From Bacteroidales bacterium (GTDB lineage Bacteria > Bacteroidota > Bacteroidia > Bacteroidales > WCHB1-69), in the NCBI GenBank assembly GCA_045130275.1, contig JBGUPL010000085.1:114-64113 (forward strand): 64,000 bases of DNA. The letters are read 5' to 3'. Each line of letters starts with the position of its first letter. Within the stretch, counting starts at the first letter, position 1. This document shows, one piece after another, positions 26,581 to 35,485 of the stretch. The notes under the pieces are model-generated. The model had not been told where the DNA came from. It did no database searches and saw only the letters and a list, made by a program, of their open reading frames with translations. The position numbers and the translations under genes were made by a program.

Positions 26581-26608
26581 AACTACTAACTACTAACTAC
26601 TAACTGCT
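26581..26608. repeat. heptamer array AACTACT x3 + AACTGCT (minus strand AGTAGTT)
   Basis: The recX stop TAG (26593-26595) is inside the array. Stops fall in all three frames on both strands. Confidence 0.9.
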
Positions 26609-27030
26609 TCCAAAGCCTCCTCCACCCTAAACCCTTTCGACAGCAAGTGCCGCACCAGTTTGGGACTGTTAGCCGCTTCGTCGGGGTGCGAGCGGCGCCA
26701 TTTGGCGATGGCTTCGCGCAGTTTCCCTTGATAATCATCCACAGGGATTGCCGCACAGGCCTGGTCGATGAGTTCCGCCGGAATGCCTTTCGCCCGCAAG
26801 GCCGCCACAATCTTCTGCCGTCCCCACGAGGACCTCACCTTGCCGCGCACAAAGGACTCCACATATCGGGCCTCATCCAAAAAGCCGTTCTCTTTCAAAG
26901 AATTTAAAACAGCATTCTTCTGACTTTCAGAAAGATGAAATGACGTGAGTTTCCGTCTCACGTCACTTCCACAACGTTCCTGAAATGCGCAGAAACGTTC
27001 CATTTTGACCATAATTTCCGATGGGACCAT
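26593..27030 (-). CDS. recX: recombination regulator RecX
   Basis: RecX three-repeat helical pattern (CAFQERCGSDVRRKL...LDEARYVESFVRGKVRSSWGRQKIVAALRAKGI). ATG 27030 is chosen so the gene starts just after the rng stop (27035). Confidence 0.75.
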   Translation of the reverse strand: MVPSEIMVKMERFCAFQERCGSDVRRKLTSFHLSESQKNAVLNSLKENGFLDEARYVESFVRGKVRSSWGRQKIVAALRAKGIPAELIDQACAAIPVDDYQGKLREAIAKWRRSHPDEAANSPKLVRHLLSKGFRVEEALEAVSS

Positions 27031-27034
27031 CAGG

Positions 27035-28621
27035 TTATTCTCGGGCAGGTTCATTCCAAAGGACAATATCCTCACCATGTTCATTCAGATAATGCAGTTC
27101 CGTCAGCCGGCTGCTCTGATTGGACACGATTTTCACAAATTTCTTGTATTTGACACTCCACTTCATCCGGATAGACGGGAATCCTTTTGTCAAATAGGCA
27201 TACACGAACGGATGTGCCACCACGGTGATCTTGCGTTCATGCTGTTTTTCGAAAAGGAAATCCAACGCATTGGCGATTTCGTCTTCAATGACGATCGGAG
27301 GTTTGATTTTGCCAGTACCCTTGCAGGTGGGACAGACTTCGGTGTTTTCTATGATGGTGGCCTGACGAACACGCTGGCGTGTTATCTGTATCAGCCCGAA
27401 CTTGTTGAGCGGCAGGATGGTATGTTTGGCTTTGTCGTTGCGCATGAAATCCGCCATGGCCTTGTTCAGGGTGTTTTTGTTGACAGGGTCGTGCAGATCC
27501 ACGAAATCGATGGTGATGATGCCGCCCATATCCCGGAGACGCAGCTGTCGGGCAATTTCCTGCGCTGCTATCATATTGGTGTTCAAGGCGTTCTGCTCGG
27601 GCGTCTGCGATGATTTCACTCGGTTGCCACTGTTCACGTCAATGACATGCATGGCTTCGGTATGCTCTATGATCAGATAGACACCGTTTTTCACCGTGAC
27701 GACCTTCCCGAAAGAACCCTTGATCTGTTTCGCAACATTGAAATAGTCGAAAATAGGGCGTTTGTCCGTGTAGAGATTCACAATCGACTCCTGCTCCGGG
27801 GCGTGCACGTGGAGATAATTCTTCACTTCGGTGAAAATCTCCGGCGTGTCAACATAAATGGCGTGGAAGGAATCGTTGAGGAAATCGCGCAACAGCGATG
27901 AGATACGGTTCTCCTCCTGGGCCAGGCGCACAGGGGCTTTCGATGCGAAAAGGTTCTCCACAGTGGTGTCCCAACGGTAACGGAGCATGTCGAGGTCGGC
28001 GGAGAGTTCCTCAACGGACTTGTGTTCTGCAACGGTTCTCACAATGATGCCGAAGTTGCGCGGACGGATGCTCTGCACGGCCGTGCGGAGGCGCTTACGC
28101 TCGTCGCTGCTCTTGATTTTCTGCGACACCGATACTTTGTCCCCGAATGGGACAAGAACCAAATAACGTCCGGCAAAAGAGATTTCAGTCGTGATCCGGG
28201 GGCCCTTTGTGGATATGGGTTCCTTTGCCACCTGGACCATGATCTGCTGGCCCGATGTGATCACATCACTGATTTTGCCGTTTTTGGGAATCTCTTCCAG
28301 ATACTGCACACGGCTGATACTCCGCTTTCCCGTCGTAATCGCCTGACTGACAAACGCATTGACGGTCCTGCCATGGACTCCCAGGTCAAGGTAGTGCAGA
28401 AAAGCCTCTCGTTCGCTCCCCACATCCACAAAGGCGGCATTCAACCCTGGCATGATCTTCTTGACCTTTCCCAGGTATATATCACCCACCGAGAACTGCG
28501 CAGACGATTTCTCGGTATGAATCTCCATCAACTTTTTGTCTTCCAGCAGCGCAACCTGTACTTCGTTCGTATGCGAAGTGATGATGATTTCTTTTGTGAC
28601 TTCTGTTTGATTATTCTCCAT
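27035..28621 (-). CDS. rng: ribonuclease G/E family (Rne/Rng)
   Basis: S1 domain VGDIYLGKVKKIMPGLNAAFVDVG and the RNase E/G catalytic core, 528 aa. Confidence 0.9.
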   Translation of the reverse strand: MENNQTEVTKEIIITSHTNEVQVALLEDKKLMEIHTEKSSAQFSVGDIYLGKVKKIMPGLNAAFVDVGSEREAFLHYLDLGVHGRTVNAFVSQAITTGKRSISRVQYLEEIPKNGKISDVITSGQQIMVQVAKEPISTKGPRITTEISFAGRYLVLVPFGDKVSVSQKIKSSDERKRLRTAVQSIRPRNFGIIVRTVAEHKSVEELSADLDMLRYRWDTTVENLFASKAPVRLAQEENRISSLLRDFLNDSFHAIYVDTPEIFTEVKNYLHVHAPEQESIVNLYTDKRPIFDYFNVAKQIKGSFGKVVTVKNGVYLIIEHTEAMHVIDVNSGNRVKSSQTPEQNALNTNMIAAQEIARQLRLRDMGGIITIDFVDLHDPVNKNTLNKAMADFMRNDKAKHTILPLNKFGLIQITRQRVRQATIIENTEVCPTCKGTGKIKPPIVIEDEIANALDFLFEKQHERKITVVAHPFVYAYLTKGFPSIRMKWSVKYKKFVKIVSNQSSRLTELHYLNEHGEDIVLWNEPARE

Positions 28622-28635
28622 ATATAAATGAAAAG

Positions 28636-28674
28636 AAAACTAAATGACCCGTCTCGTACAAGTCATTTAGTTTT
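28636..28674 (-). terminator. 13-bp perfect-stem hairpin 15 nt upstream of the rng start (hup terminator and/or rng leader structure)
   Basis: AAAACTAAATGAC-n13-GTCATTTAGTTTT. On the minus-strand RNA it is followed by CUUUUCAUUUAUAUA then AUG. Confidence 0.5.
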
Positions 28675-28808
28675 CAAAAATGATGCGCAAAAAACTATCT
28701 GCTCTTATGTCTGTTCTTTCTCAGTCTTTTTTTGCGCTTGTGCGTATTCATTTTCGCACGTTTACGTTTTTTTCCGCTAGGCATAATGATATATTATTGA
28801 TGTTTATA

Positions 28809-29093
28809 TTATTTAGTGTTCTTTTTAACGGCTTCCACGAAATCTTTACAAGGTTTGAAAGCGGGGATATTGTGGGCTTTGATTGTAATCGTCTCGTTCT
28901 TGGAGATGTTACGTGCGGTCTTCTCAGCTCTATGTTTGACAATGAAGCTACCAAAACTTCTCAAATAAACGTTCTCGCCATCAATCATGGTCTTCTTCAC
29001 AGAATCCATGAAGGCTTCAACGATAACTTGCACGCTATTTTTCTCATAACCAGTGCGATTGGAAATTTCATTAACGATTTCTGCTTTAGTCAT
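28809..29093 (-). CDS. hup: HU-family DNA-binding protein
   Basis: 94 aa; MTKAEIVNEISNRTG...RSFGSFIVKHRAEKTARNISKNETITIKAHNIPAFKP has the HU/IHF arm. Confidence 0.9.
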   Translation of the reverse strand: MTKAEIVNEISNRTGYEKNSVQVIVEAFMDSVKKTMIDGENVYLRSFGSFIVKHRAEKTARNISKNETITIKAHNIPAFKPCKDFVEAVKKNTK

Positions 29094-29137
29094 AATCTTA
29101 ATTTGTTTAAAGTTTGATACTTAATTTTTTCGGGCTG

Positions 29138-29145
29138 CAAAAATA
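29138..29145 (-). promoter_or_regulatory. -7 box TATTTTTG (minus strand)
   Basis: The plus strand reads CAAAAATA; 44 nt upstream of the HU ATG 29093. Confidence 0.45.
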
Positions 29146-29170
29146 CAATAATTTCTTTATAATCCAACAC

Positions 29171-30043
29171 TTATAGAAAAAATTCTTGAATTTTCTCGAA
29201 AACCTTGCTGGCGAGGCGGCTTGTGCCCACTCTGAAGAGGTCCGGATTCAACCATTCCTTGCCCATATTCGTCTTCCAAATATGCAAATATGTGTATGCT
29301 TGCTGCAATTCCGAGACACCTCCGGCCACTTTTATGCCCACTTTCCGGCCTGTGTTCTGGTAATGCTGTTTGATGGCGAACATCATCACCCAAAAGGCCT
29401 CCGGGGTCGCATTGACGGCGATCTTGCCGGTCGAGGTCTTCAAATAATCCGCCCCGGCATGGATGGCCAACTGCGAGGCTCGGAAAATATTCTGCGGAGT
29501 CTGCAATTCCCCGGTCTCCAAAATGACCTTCAGCTTCTGTTTCGGACAAGCCTTCCGGATGGCGACAATCTCGTCATAGACCTGCTGATAACTGCCTTCC
29601 AGGAACGCGCCGCGGGAAATGACCATGTCTATCTCGTCAGCGCCCTCGGCCACCGCGTACGCCACTTCCGCGACCTTCAAGTTGATCGGCAACTGCCCGG
29701 CAGGGAACCCTCCGGCAACAGAGGCGACATGAATGCCGGTGCCCTCCAACCGCGCCTTGGCCAACGACACAAAAGGAGAATAGACACACACGGAAGCGGT
29801 GGACGGAATCCGCCGTTCGTCGTCCCGGAAAGAGACGGCTTTCTCGCAAAGATTCACGATTTTTTCGCGATTGTCGGAACCTTCCAGGGTGGTCAAATCA
29901 ATGCACCCAAGGATCATCCGGCACATTTCCAACTCTTCCTCCGGAGTGTATGTGAACGTGCTGTCGGTTTTCAGCCTTTGCCGGAATTGCGTATCCGAGA
30001 ACGGAAATTTCTGAATGGTAATGGTTTTCTGATTGTCTTGCAT
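29171..30043 (-). CDS. deoC: deoxyribose-phosphate aldolase (long form)
   Basis: Schiff-base lysine context DYLKTSTGK plus EIDMVISRG. ATG 30043 is preferred to the track TTG 30073, which would overlap the upstream gene. Confidence 0.8.
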   Translation of the reverse strand: MQDNQKTITIQKFPFSDTQFRQRLKTDSTFTYTPEEELEMCRMILGCIDLTTLEGSDNREKIVNLCEKAVSFRDDERRIPSTASVCVYSPFVSLAKARLEGTGIHVASVAGGFPAGQLPINLKVAEVAYAVAEGADEIDMVISRGAFLEGSYQQVYDEIVAIRKACPKQKLKVILETGELQTPQNIFRASQLAIHAGADYLKTSTGKIAVNATPEAFWVMMFAIKQHYQNTGRKVGIKVAGGVSELQQAYTYLHIWKTNMGKEWLNPDLFRVGTSRLASKVFEKIQEFFL

Positions 30044-30047
30044 GATG

Positions 30048-31127
30048 TTATTTTTTGAATTTGTCAATGGCAATTTTTAACGATACGATATGAGAGTATT
30101 GGGCGATGGAAAGATTGCCCAAATCGGTGAAAGCGTAATCAATCGACACGATATTCTTTATACATAGCCCTATTCCGAGATTGATCTGCAGCGTGGTTTT
30201 CAGGTTGCCGTCATAGTCAGGTTCACGCTGGAAATTGCCAATGCCAGCGCGCAACGCCACAATTTTCTTGTAGTCAAATTCCATCCCGAAATGCGGGTCC
30301 ATGCTCACGACATTACTCTTAATCAGTGCGTTACGTTTCCTGTCGAATGTGCAATCAACCCCCAGGGCAAATGTGCCATGGAACCCTTTCCCGAAATGAA
30401 CGGTCTTGCCGCCGCCCAACAGCAGCGCCGGGACCGTCAACTCCAGATCGTTCTCGGGGATCTCGTTACCCGTCTCCTCAAACACGGAAATGACATCATC
30501 CGTGAGGGAATAGCGCCACGCGTTAAACGTGGAAGTACCGTCTCGCAGCATCACCCCGGCCTGCCATCCCTTGCGCTGGTACATCAACCCGAAGTCGAGC
30601 CCGAAGCCCCACGAACGGGCGAATTTTCCGATCTTGCGGTGCACAATCTTCGCATTCGCACCCAACGACAAGCCTGGAACCTGCGGAAAAGCATACGCGT
30701 AACTCAACAGGAAGGCATTGTCGGCCGCAGAGAAATAGGTGATGCGGTCGTAGTCAACATTTCCTTGGTCGTCAATCAGTTGCGTGGTGTTCATGATGTT
30801 GTCCACCCCGAAACGGATGTAGGAGAAGGCCACCGCCTGGTTGGAGTCGATCTTGAAACCGATGCCACCGTAATCATATTTGGCGATGCCCGCGAAGTAC
30901 TCGGCATGCATCAGGGAAAGCTGATACCGCTTGTCCATACGCGTCAAACCAGCAGGGTTCCAGTAGGCCGAGGTCACGTCGTCGGTCAGAGCACACATCG
31001 TGTTCGCCATACCGAGCCCGCGCGCTCCTAACCCCAACGACAGGAACTCGTTACTGTACTTGCCTTGCGCGAGACCGCATACGGAAAAAGCCAGCAAGAC
31101 CGACACTATCAAAAGGTTGCGTTTCAT
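30048..31127 (-). CDS. PorV/PorQ-family outer-membrane beta-barrel protein (T9SS-associated)
   Basis: Signal peptide; N-terminal FLSLGLGARGLGMANTMCALTDDVTSAYWNPAGL motif as I recall for PorV/PorQ; beta-barrel pattern. Confidence 0.55.
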   Translation of the reverse strand: MKRNLLIVSVLLAFSVCGLAQGKYSNEFLSLGLGARGLGMANTMCALTDDVTSAYWNPAGLTRMDKRYQLSLMHAEYFAGIAKYDYGGIGFKIDSNQAVAFSYIRFGVDNIMNTTQLIDDQGNVDYDRITYFSAADNAFLLSYAYAFPQVPGLSLGANAKIVHRKIGKFARSWGFGLDFGLMYQRKGWQAGVMLRDGTSTFNAWRYSLTDDVISVFEETGNEIPENDLELTVPALLLGGGKTVHFGKGFHGTFALGVDCTFDRKRNALIKSNVVSMDPHFGMEFDYKKIVALRAGIGNFQREPDYDGNLKTTLQINLGIGLCIKNIVSIDYAFTDLGNLSIAQYSHIVSLKIAIDKFKK

Positions 31128-32284
31128 TCGTGCCGGTACTTTTGGGTGACAAACTGTTTGCGATCCCCGGCGAAAAGTTCATATTCCTGGAACAGACATT
31201 CCAGCGACCCGTTCAGCATGGGCCACTTCCGCGACGGCTTCAACCCCACCCTTTTCAGGGCTTCCTTGTCAGAACTGATGATATAGGCTTTGCAGCCGGA
31301 GTAGCGTTTCTTGAGCGTGTCGCCAATCTCCCTGTAAAGCGTGCCGACATTCTCCACGGAGAGCCGTTCGCCATACGGAGGGTTCATCATCACCACAGAA
31401 GGCACGTTTTCCGGATTGGAGTATCGCATGTCTTGCCTTTCCAAGACAATAAAATCCTGCAAGCGGGCCTTCTGCACGTTCGCACGCGCCACATCCAGAA
31501 AACGGCCGTCGATATCGGAACCGTAGAAATTGATGGCCACGTCGTCCTTGATGTCGGCCTCGTCGCGAACCTTCTTCCAAAGGGCACGGTCGAAATTCTT
31601 CCATTGGTAAAAGCCGTATTCCCGACGATAGAAACCGGCGGGGATGTTCAACGCCTGCATGGCCGCCTCGATGAGGAGAGTCGCGCCGCCGCACATCGGG
31701 TCTATGAAATCACAAGAAGCGTCCCAACCGCTCATCTTGACCATGGCCGCGGCCGTCACCTCGTTGAGCGGAGCCGGATGGTTGCGCACCTTGTAGCCGC
31801 GCTTGTGCAACGACTCGCCCGAACTATCCATGAACAACTGCGCCTCGTCTTTGTAAATGTGCAGATGGAACTGCACGTCCGGGTATTCCTTGTCCACCGA
31901 AGGACGGCGGTCGTATTTCTCTCGGAAACGGTCGCAGATGGCGTCTTTGGCCAGGACGGAGGCGTATAACGGCGTACTGAAGATGGTATCGACAATCGTG
32001 GCGTGGACCGCCAACGTGCCGTCCGGGGAGAGGTACTGCTCCGCCGGGAAGTCGAAAAGCTGATCGTAAAACTGGCGGTTATTCTTAAAGGTGAACCGCT
32101 TCTGACGCCACAAGATGCGCAAGGCGGTGCGACAGTAGTAATTCGCCCGATACAGCATTTCCATGTCGCCCTCAAAAGCCACAGCACGACTGAGTTTCTC
32201 GCAATTCTTGGCGCCCAAAGCGTGCAGCTCCTTAAACAGCTCCGTCTCCAGTCCGGCAAACGTTTTTGCCACAAAGTACTCCAT
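31124..32284 (-). CDS. THUMP-domain class I SAM-dependent RNA methyltransferase (UPF0020/RlmL-N-like)
   Basis: N-terminal THUMP region and NPPY catalytic motif (VVMMNPPYGERL). ATGA overlap with the downstream PorV/PorQ-like gene. Confidence 0.8.
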   Translation of the reverse strand: MEYFVAKTFAGLETELFKELHALGAKNCEKLSRAVAFEGDMEMLYRANYYCRTALRILWRQKRFTFKNNRQFYDQLFDFPAEQYLSPDGTLAVHATIVDTIFSTPLYASVLAKDAICDRFREKYDRRPSVDKEYPDVQFHLHIYKDEAQLFMDSSGESLHKRGYKVRNHPAPLNEVTAAAMVKMSGWDASCDFIDPMCGGATLLIEAAMQALNIPAGFYRREYGFYQWKNFDRALWKKVRDEADIKDDVAINFYGSDIDGRFLDVARANVQKARLQDFIVLERQDMRYSNPENVPSVVMMNPPYGERLSVENVGTLYREIGDTLKKRYSGCKAYIISSDKEALKRVGLKPSRKWPMLNGSLECLFQEYELFAGDRKQFVTQKYRHE

Positions 32285-32290
32285 CTTGTA

Positions 32291-32311
32291 ATGGTTATGG
32301 GTTATTGGTTA
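32291..32311. repeat. heptamer array ATGGTTA TGGGTTA TTGGTTA (minus strand TAACCAA TAACCCA TAACCAT)
   Basis: Ends 6 nt upstream of the methyltransferase ATG (32284) on the minus strand. Confidence 0.75.
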
Positions 32312-32316
32312 TTGAA

Positions 32317-32344
32317 GTAGAGGCGAATAATTATTCGCCCCTAC
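32317..32344. repeat. REP-like 28-bp palindrome GTAGAGGCGAATAATTATTCGCCCCTAC
   Basis: 27 of 28 identical to 4015..4042; begins 2 nt after the stop (32347-32349) of the upstream minus-strand gene. Confidence 0.85.
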
Positions 32345-32346
32345 AA

Positions 32347-33102
32347 TTAATTCTTAATTAATTTGGCGCGGTTATCGACGCGTTCCCACTTCCGGAACCA
32401 GCTGCGGATTTTGAGACCGATGACACCGAAGATGGCTTCACGGAAGATGCCAGAGCTCATTTTGGAAACGCCCAATGTTCTGTCCTTGAAGATGATCGGC
32501 ACCTCCACAATCTTGAAGCCCAACTTCCAAGCGGTGAACTTCATCTCGATCTGGAAACCATAGCCGACATGTTTGATTTTGTCAAAATCGATGGCGTTGA
32601 GGACATCCGCACGATAACAGATGAAGCCGGCGGTGGTGTCCTTCGCGGGCACACCCAGCACGCAACGCACATACGCGGAACCGTAATAGGACATCAGCAG
32701 ACGCCCCATCGGCCAATTTAACACATTGACTCCCTGACAGTAACGGGAACCGATGGCCACGTCTGCGTTCTGTGTCTCGCAGGCATCGTACAACCGCTGC
32801 AAGTCGTGCGGGTCGTGTGAGAAATCGGCATCCATCTCGAAAAGATAGTCGTATCCGTGCGCCAGCCCCCACTTGAAACCGTGGATGTAGGCAGTGCCGA
32901 GCCCGAGCTTTCCGGTGCGTTCCTCGATGAAGAGCCGCCCCTCGAATTCCGGGATCAGCGACTTCACAATGTCGGCGGTGCCGTCCGGCGAATTGTCGTC
33001 TATTATTAAAATATGGACATCAATCAGGTCATATATCGCCCGGATAATGTTCTCGATGTTCTCTTTCTCCTTATAAGTCGGAATAATAACCAGTCGTTTC
33101 AT
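32347..33102 (-). CDS. polyprenol-phosphate mannosyltransferase (GT2, Dpm1-like)
   Basis: IIPTYKEKENI, DDNSPDGT, EMDADFSHDP (DxD), 251 aa. Confidence 0.8.
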   Translation of the reverse strand: MKRLVIIPTYKEKENIENIIRAIYDLIDVHILIIDDNSPDGTADIVKSLIPEFEGRLFIEERTGKLGLGTAYIHGFKWGLAHGYDYLFEMDADFSHDPHDLQRLYDACETQNADVAIGSRYCQGVNVLNWPMGRLLMSYYGSAYVRCVLGVPAKDTTAGFICYRADVLNAIDFDKIKHVGYGFQIEMKFTAWKLGFKIVEVPIIFKDRTLGVSKMSSGIFREAIFGVIGLKIRSWFRKWERVDNRAKLIKN

Positions 33103-33206
33103 ATTATTATTGTTGTTGTTTTATTCTTTCACATTCACCCCACACTGCGCTTCGCTTATATGGGGTTATTAAAATCTTGCCCTTTCAGGGTTGCTCAATG
33201 AATTAT

Positions 33207-33251
33207 TTCATCACATCATTTTTCATCGCATCATCGTCCTTCATCGCATCA
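33207..33251. repeat. three dispersed copies of TTCATCRCATCA
   Basis: Copies at 33207-33218, 33222-33233 and 33240-33251. The stop (33241-33243) of the phosphatase-family gene lies in copy 3. TCATC-rich like the 11-bp array. Confidence 0.65.
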
Positions 33252-34260
33252 GCACAATATACACCGGCAGGTGATCGCTGTAACCGCCCTGGTAGTTGCC
33301 GCCCGCGAAAGTGCGGAACGGATAATCCATATAGGAGCCCGACTTCGTGAACAAAAAATCCTTTCTGAAGATATGGGCGGAACGGAACCTGTAAGTGCCC
33401 GGGGCGGCATTGACCAATGCACCGGAAATGATGATGTTGTCGAGCATCTCCCATGAATCGCGATAGGCATACGAACCAAGACCGTCGCGGAAGAGCTTCC
33501 ACATCGGGTTGTAAAGGTCATATTGCGTGAGCTTTTCGGGCTTGGTTTTCGTATCCATCTCCACCAAAATGCACTTGGATGTCGGGTTGTCGTTCAAGTC
33601 GCCCATGTAGATGAACTTCGCGTTGGGGCGCGAGCGCAGCACCGAATCCGCTATATGGCGGCCAAGCGCACCCGCCGCAAGCCGACCGGGAAGGCTCCGC
33701 TTCTCGCCACCCGACTTGGAGGGCCAGTGGTTGACCACAATGTCCAACGTGTCTGCGCCGTCAAGCACTCCTGTCATCAACCATTGGTCACGGGTGATGA
33801 AATCCGGCTCGTTCGGCACAATCGTCGGGAACGCCCTGGTACTCAATATTTTGAATCGTGACGCATCATAGAAGAAAGCCACATCCACACCGCGGCGGTC
33901 GGGCGACTCATGATGGCAGACCGACAAATGATACGGTTTCAGAAGCTCCGTGGCGGCCAAATCCAGCAACACTTGCTCATTCTCAATCTCGGAGACGCCC
34001 AGCACCACCAAACCGCCGTCAATCTTGGCAATTTCAGCAATCACCCTGGAAAGGCTCTGCAACTTGGCATTGTAACGCACAGTGTTCCAACGATAATCGC
34101 CATCAGGTAGGAACTGCTCGTCATTCTTGATAGGATCATCAATGGTATCAAAGAGGTTTTCCACATTGTAAAAACCTATAATAGCCTTATTTTGAGGTTG
34201 TTGCGCAAAAGAAACAACAGCGAACATCAAACCAATGACCAATAAACATATTCTTTTCAT
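33241..34260 (-). CDS. endonuclease/exonuclease/phosphatase (EEP) family protein, secreted
   Basis: ATG 34260 gives signal peptide MKRICLLVIGLMFAVVSFAQQ and sits 20 nt below a -7 box. Contains EEP motifs (GFYNVENLFD, SDHLPVY). Confidence 0.75.
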   Translation of the reverse strand: MKRICLLVIGLMFAVVSFAQQPQNKAIIGFYNVENLFDTIDDPIKNDEQFLPDGDYRWNTVRYNAKLQSLSRVIAEIAKIDGGLVVLGVSEIENEQVLLDLAATELLKPYHLSVCHHESPDRRGVDVAFFYDASRFKILSTRAFPTIVPNEPDFITRDQWLMTGVLDGADTLDIVVNHWPSKSGGEKRSLPGRLAAGALGRHIADSVLRSRPNAKFIYMGDLNDNPTSKCILVEMDTKTKPEKLTQYDLYNPMWKLFRDGLGSYAYRDSWEMLDNIIISGALVNAAPGTYRFRSAHIFRKDFLFTKSGSYMDYPFRTFAGGNYQGGYSDHLPVYIVLMR

Positions 34261-34280
34261 AACCTGGTAATATAAGTTTG

Positions 34281-34288
34281 CAAAAGTA
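34281..34288 (-). promoter_or_regulatory. -7 box TACTTTTG (minus strand)
   Basis: The plus strand reads CAAAAGTA; 20 nt upstream of ATG 34260. Confidence 0.5.
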
Positions 34289-34343
34289 CAAAAATTATTG
34301 TTCCGACGGGTAAACGAAAAATCGAACCGCCTATTGCATATTG

Positions 34344-34376
34344 AAAAAAAAAAGGCGCAGCCCACCGCCACGCCTT
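34344..34376 (-). terminator. intrinsic terminator of asd
   Basis: The minus-strand RNA AAGGCGUGGC-gguggg-GCUGCGCCUU forms a roughly 10-bp stem (2 G-U pairs) followed by a run of about 10 U (plus-strand A-run 34344-34353). Confidence 0.75.
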
Positions 34377-34423
34377 CATTCTTCATTCTAAATTCTTCTC
34401 TACATTATACATTATGCATTATA
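34374..34423. repeat. heptamer arrays CTTCATT x2 ... CATTATA CATTATG CATTATA
   Basis: Seven consecutive 7-bp units. The asd stop TAA (34405-34407) and the last codons (..IMHNV*) are encoded by the ATAATGY units on the minus strand. Confidence 0.8.
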
Positions 34424-35388
34424 TACTGCATAATCTGCACCGCATTTGTCGCGGCACCCTTGCGGAGGTTGTCGGCCACCACCCAAAGGTTCAGCGTGTT
34501 GGGCTGGGAAAAGTCGCGGCGGATACGGCCCACGAAAACATCGTCAAGGCCTTCGGCGTATTTCGGCATCGGATAGACATTCTCCGCAGGCGCATCCAAC
34601 ACCTTCACACCGGGCATCTCATTCAACAACGCATAAACCTCCGCCAAATCGTAATCCTGATGGAATTCCACGTTCACAGCCTCGGAATGACCACCCGTGA
34701 CAGGCACGCGCACAACGGTAGAGGTGACCTGTATCTCATTGTCCCTTAAAATTTTACGGGTCTCATTCAAGAGTTTCATCTCCTCGGTGGTGTAACCGTT
34801 TTCGGTGAAGGAACCACCGTGCGGAAAAAGGTTCATGTCGATGGGATACGGATAGGCGGGGTCGCAGGGCTGACCTGCGCGCTCGCTCATCAACTGATCG
34901 ACCGCCTTCTTGCCCGTGCCCGTGATGGATTGGTACGTGGCCACAACCAAACGCTTGATCTTATACCTGTTGTGCAAAGGGGCCAACGCCATCACCATCT
35001 GAATGGTGGAACAGTTCGGGTTGGCAATGATCTTGTCATCCGGGGTGATGACATCGCCGTTGATCTCCGGCACCACGAGCGGAATCTTGGGGTCGCTGCG
35101 CCAAGCGGCGGAATTGTCAATGACCACGGTGCCGACAGCGGCGAACTTGGGCGCATATTCGAGCGAGGCAGCACTGCCCGCAGAAAAGATGGCAAAGTCC
35201 GGCTTGCTGGCAATGGCATCGTCCACCGACACCACCGTCACTTCGCGATCTCCGAACATCAACTTCTTTCCGACCGATTTCGATGAGGCGGCAGGAATGA
35301 ATTCGCAATCCGCGAATCCTCTTTCAACCAACACTTTACGCATTACGCCACCAACCAAACCGGTGGCTCCGACAAGAGCTATTTTCAT
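34405..35388 (-). CDS. asd: aspartate-semialdehyde dehydrogenase
   Basis: MKIALVGATGLVGG NAD site and active-site IIANPNCSTIQM. ATG 35388 replaces the track start 35529, whose leader has an implausible sequence. Confidence 0.9.
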   Translation of the reverse strand: MKIALVGATGLVGGVMRKVLVERGFADCEFIPAASSKSVGKKLMFGDREVTVVSVDDAIASKPDFAIFSAGSAASLEYAPKFAAVGTVVIDNSAAWRSDPKIPLVVPEINGDVITPDDKIIANPNCSTIQMVMALAPLHNRYKIKRLVVATYQSITGTGKKAVDQLMSERAGQPCDPAYPYPIDMNLFPHGGSFTENGYTTEEMKLLNETRKILRDNEIQVTSTVVRVPVTGGHSEAVNVEFHQDYDLAEVYALLNEMPGVKVLDAPAENVYPMPKYAEGLDDVFVGRIRRDFSQPNTLNLWVVADNLRKGAATNAVQIMQYIMHNV

Positions 35389-35440
35389 AATTTCTTTATT
35401 ATTTATAAAAAAGTTATCAACAATATTTGTATTTTTCCCG

Positions 35441-35448
35441 CAAAAGTA
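35441..35448 (-). promoter_or_regulatory. -7 box TACTTTTG (minus strand), candidate asd promoter
   Basis: The plus strand reads CAAAAGTA; 52 nt upstream of ATG 35388. No well-spaced -33 TTTG seen. Confidence 0.35.
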
Positions 35449-35449
35449 G

Positions 35450-35457
35450 TATTTTTG
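35450..35457 (+). promoter_or_regulatory. -7 box TATTTTTG with -33 TTTG at 35426-35429
   Basis: 20-nt spacing between TTTG and TAnnTTTG; 28 nt upstream of ATG 35486. Confidence 0.55.
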
Positions 35458-35485
35458 CAGACATAAAACGAAAACAAAAAAAATT

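Noticed and set aside
25611-26603. 330-aa plus-strand ORF running through the nuclease gene antisense and the 11-bp array (translates to HSSSIHRPFIV repeats)
   Set aside because: It stays open only because the array has no plus-strand stop codons. The minus strand encodes a clear DRGH nuclease.
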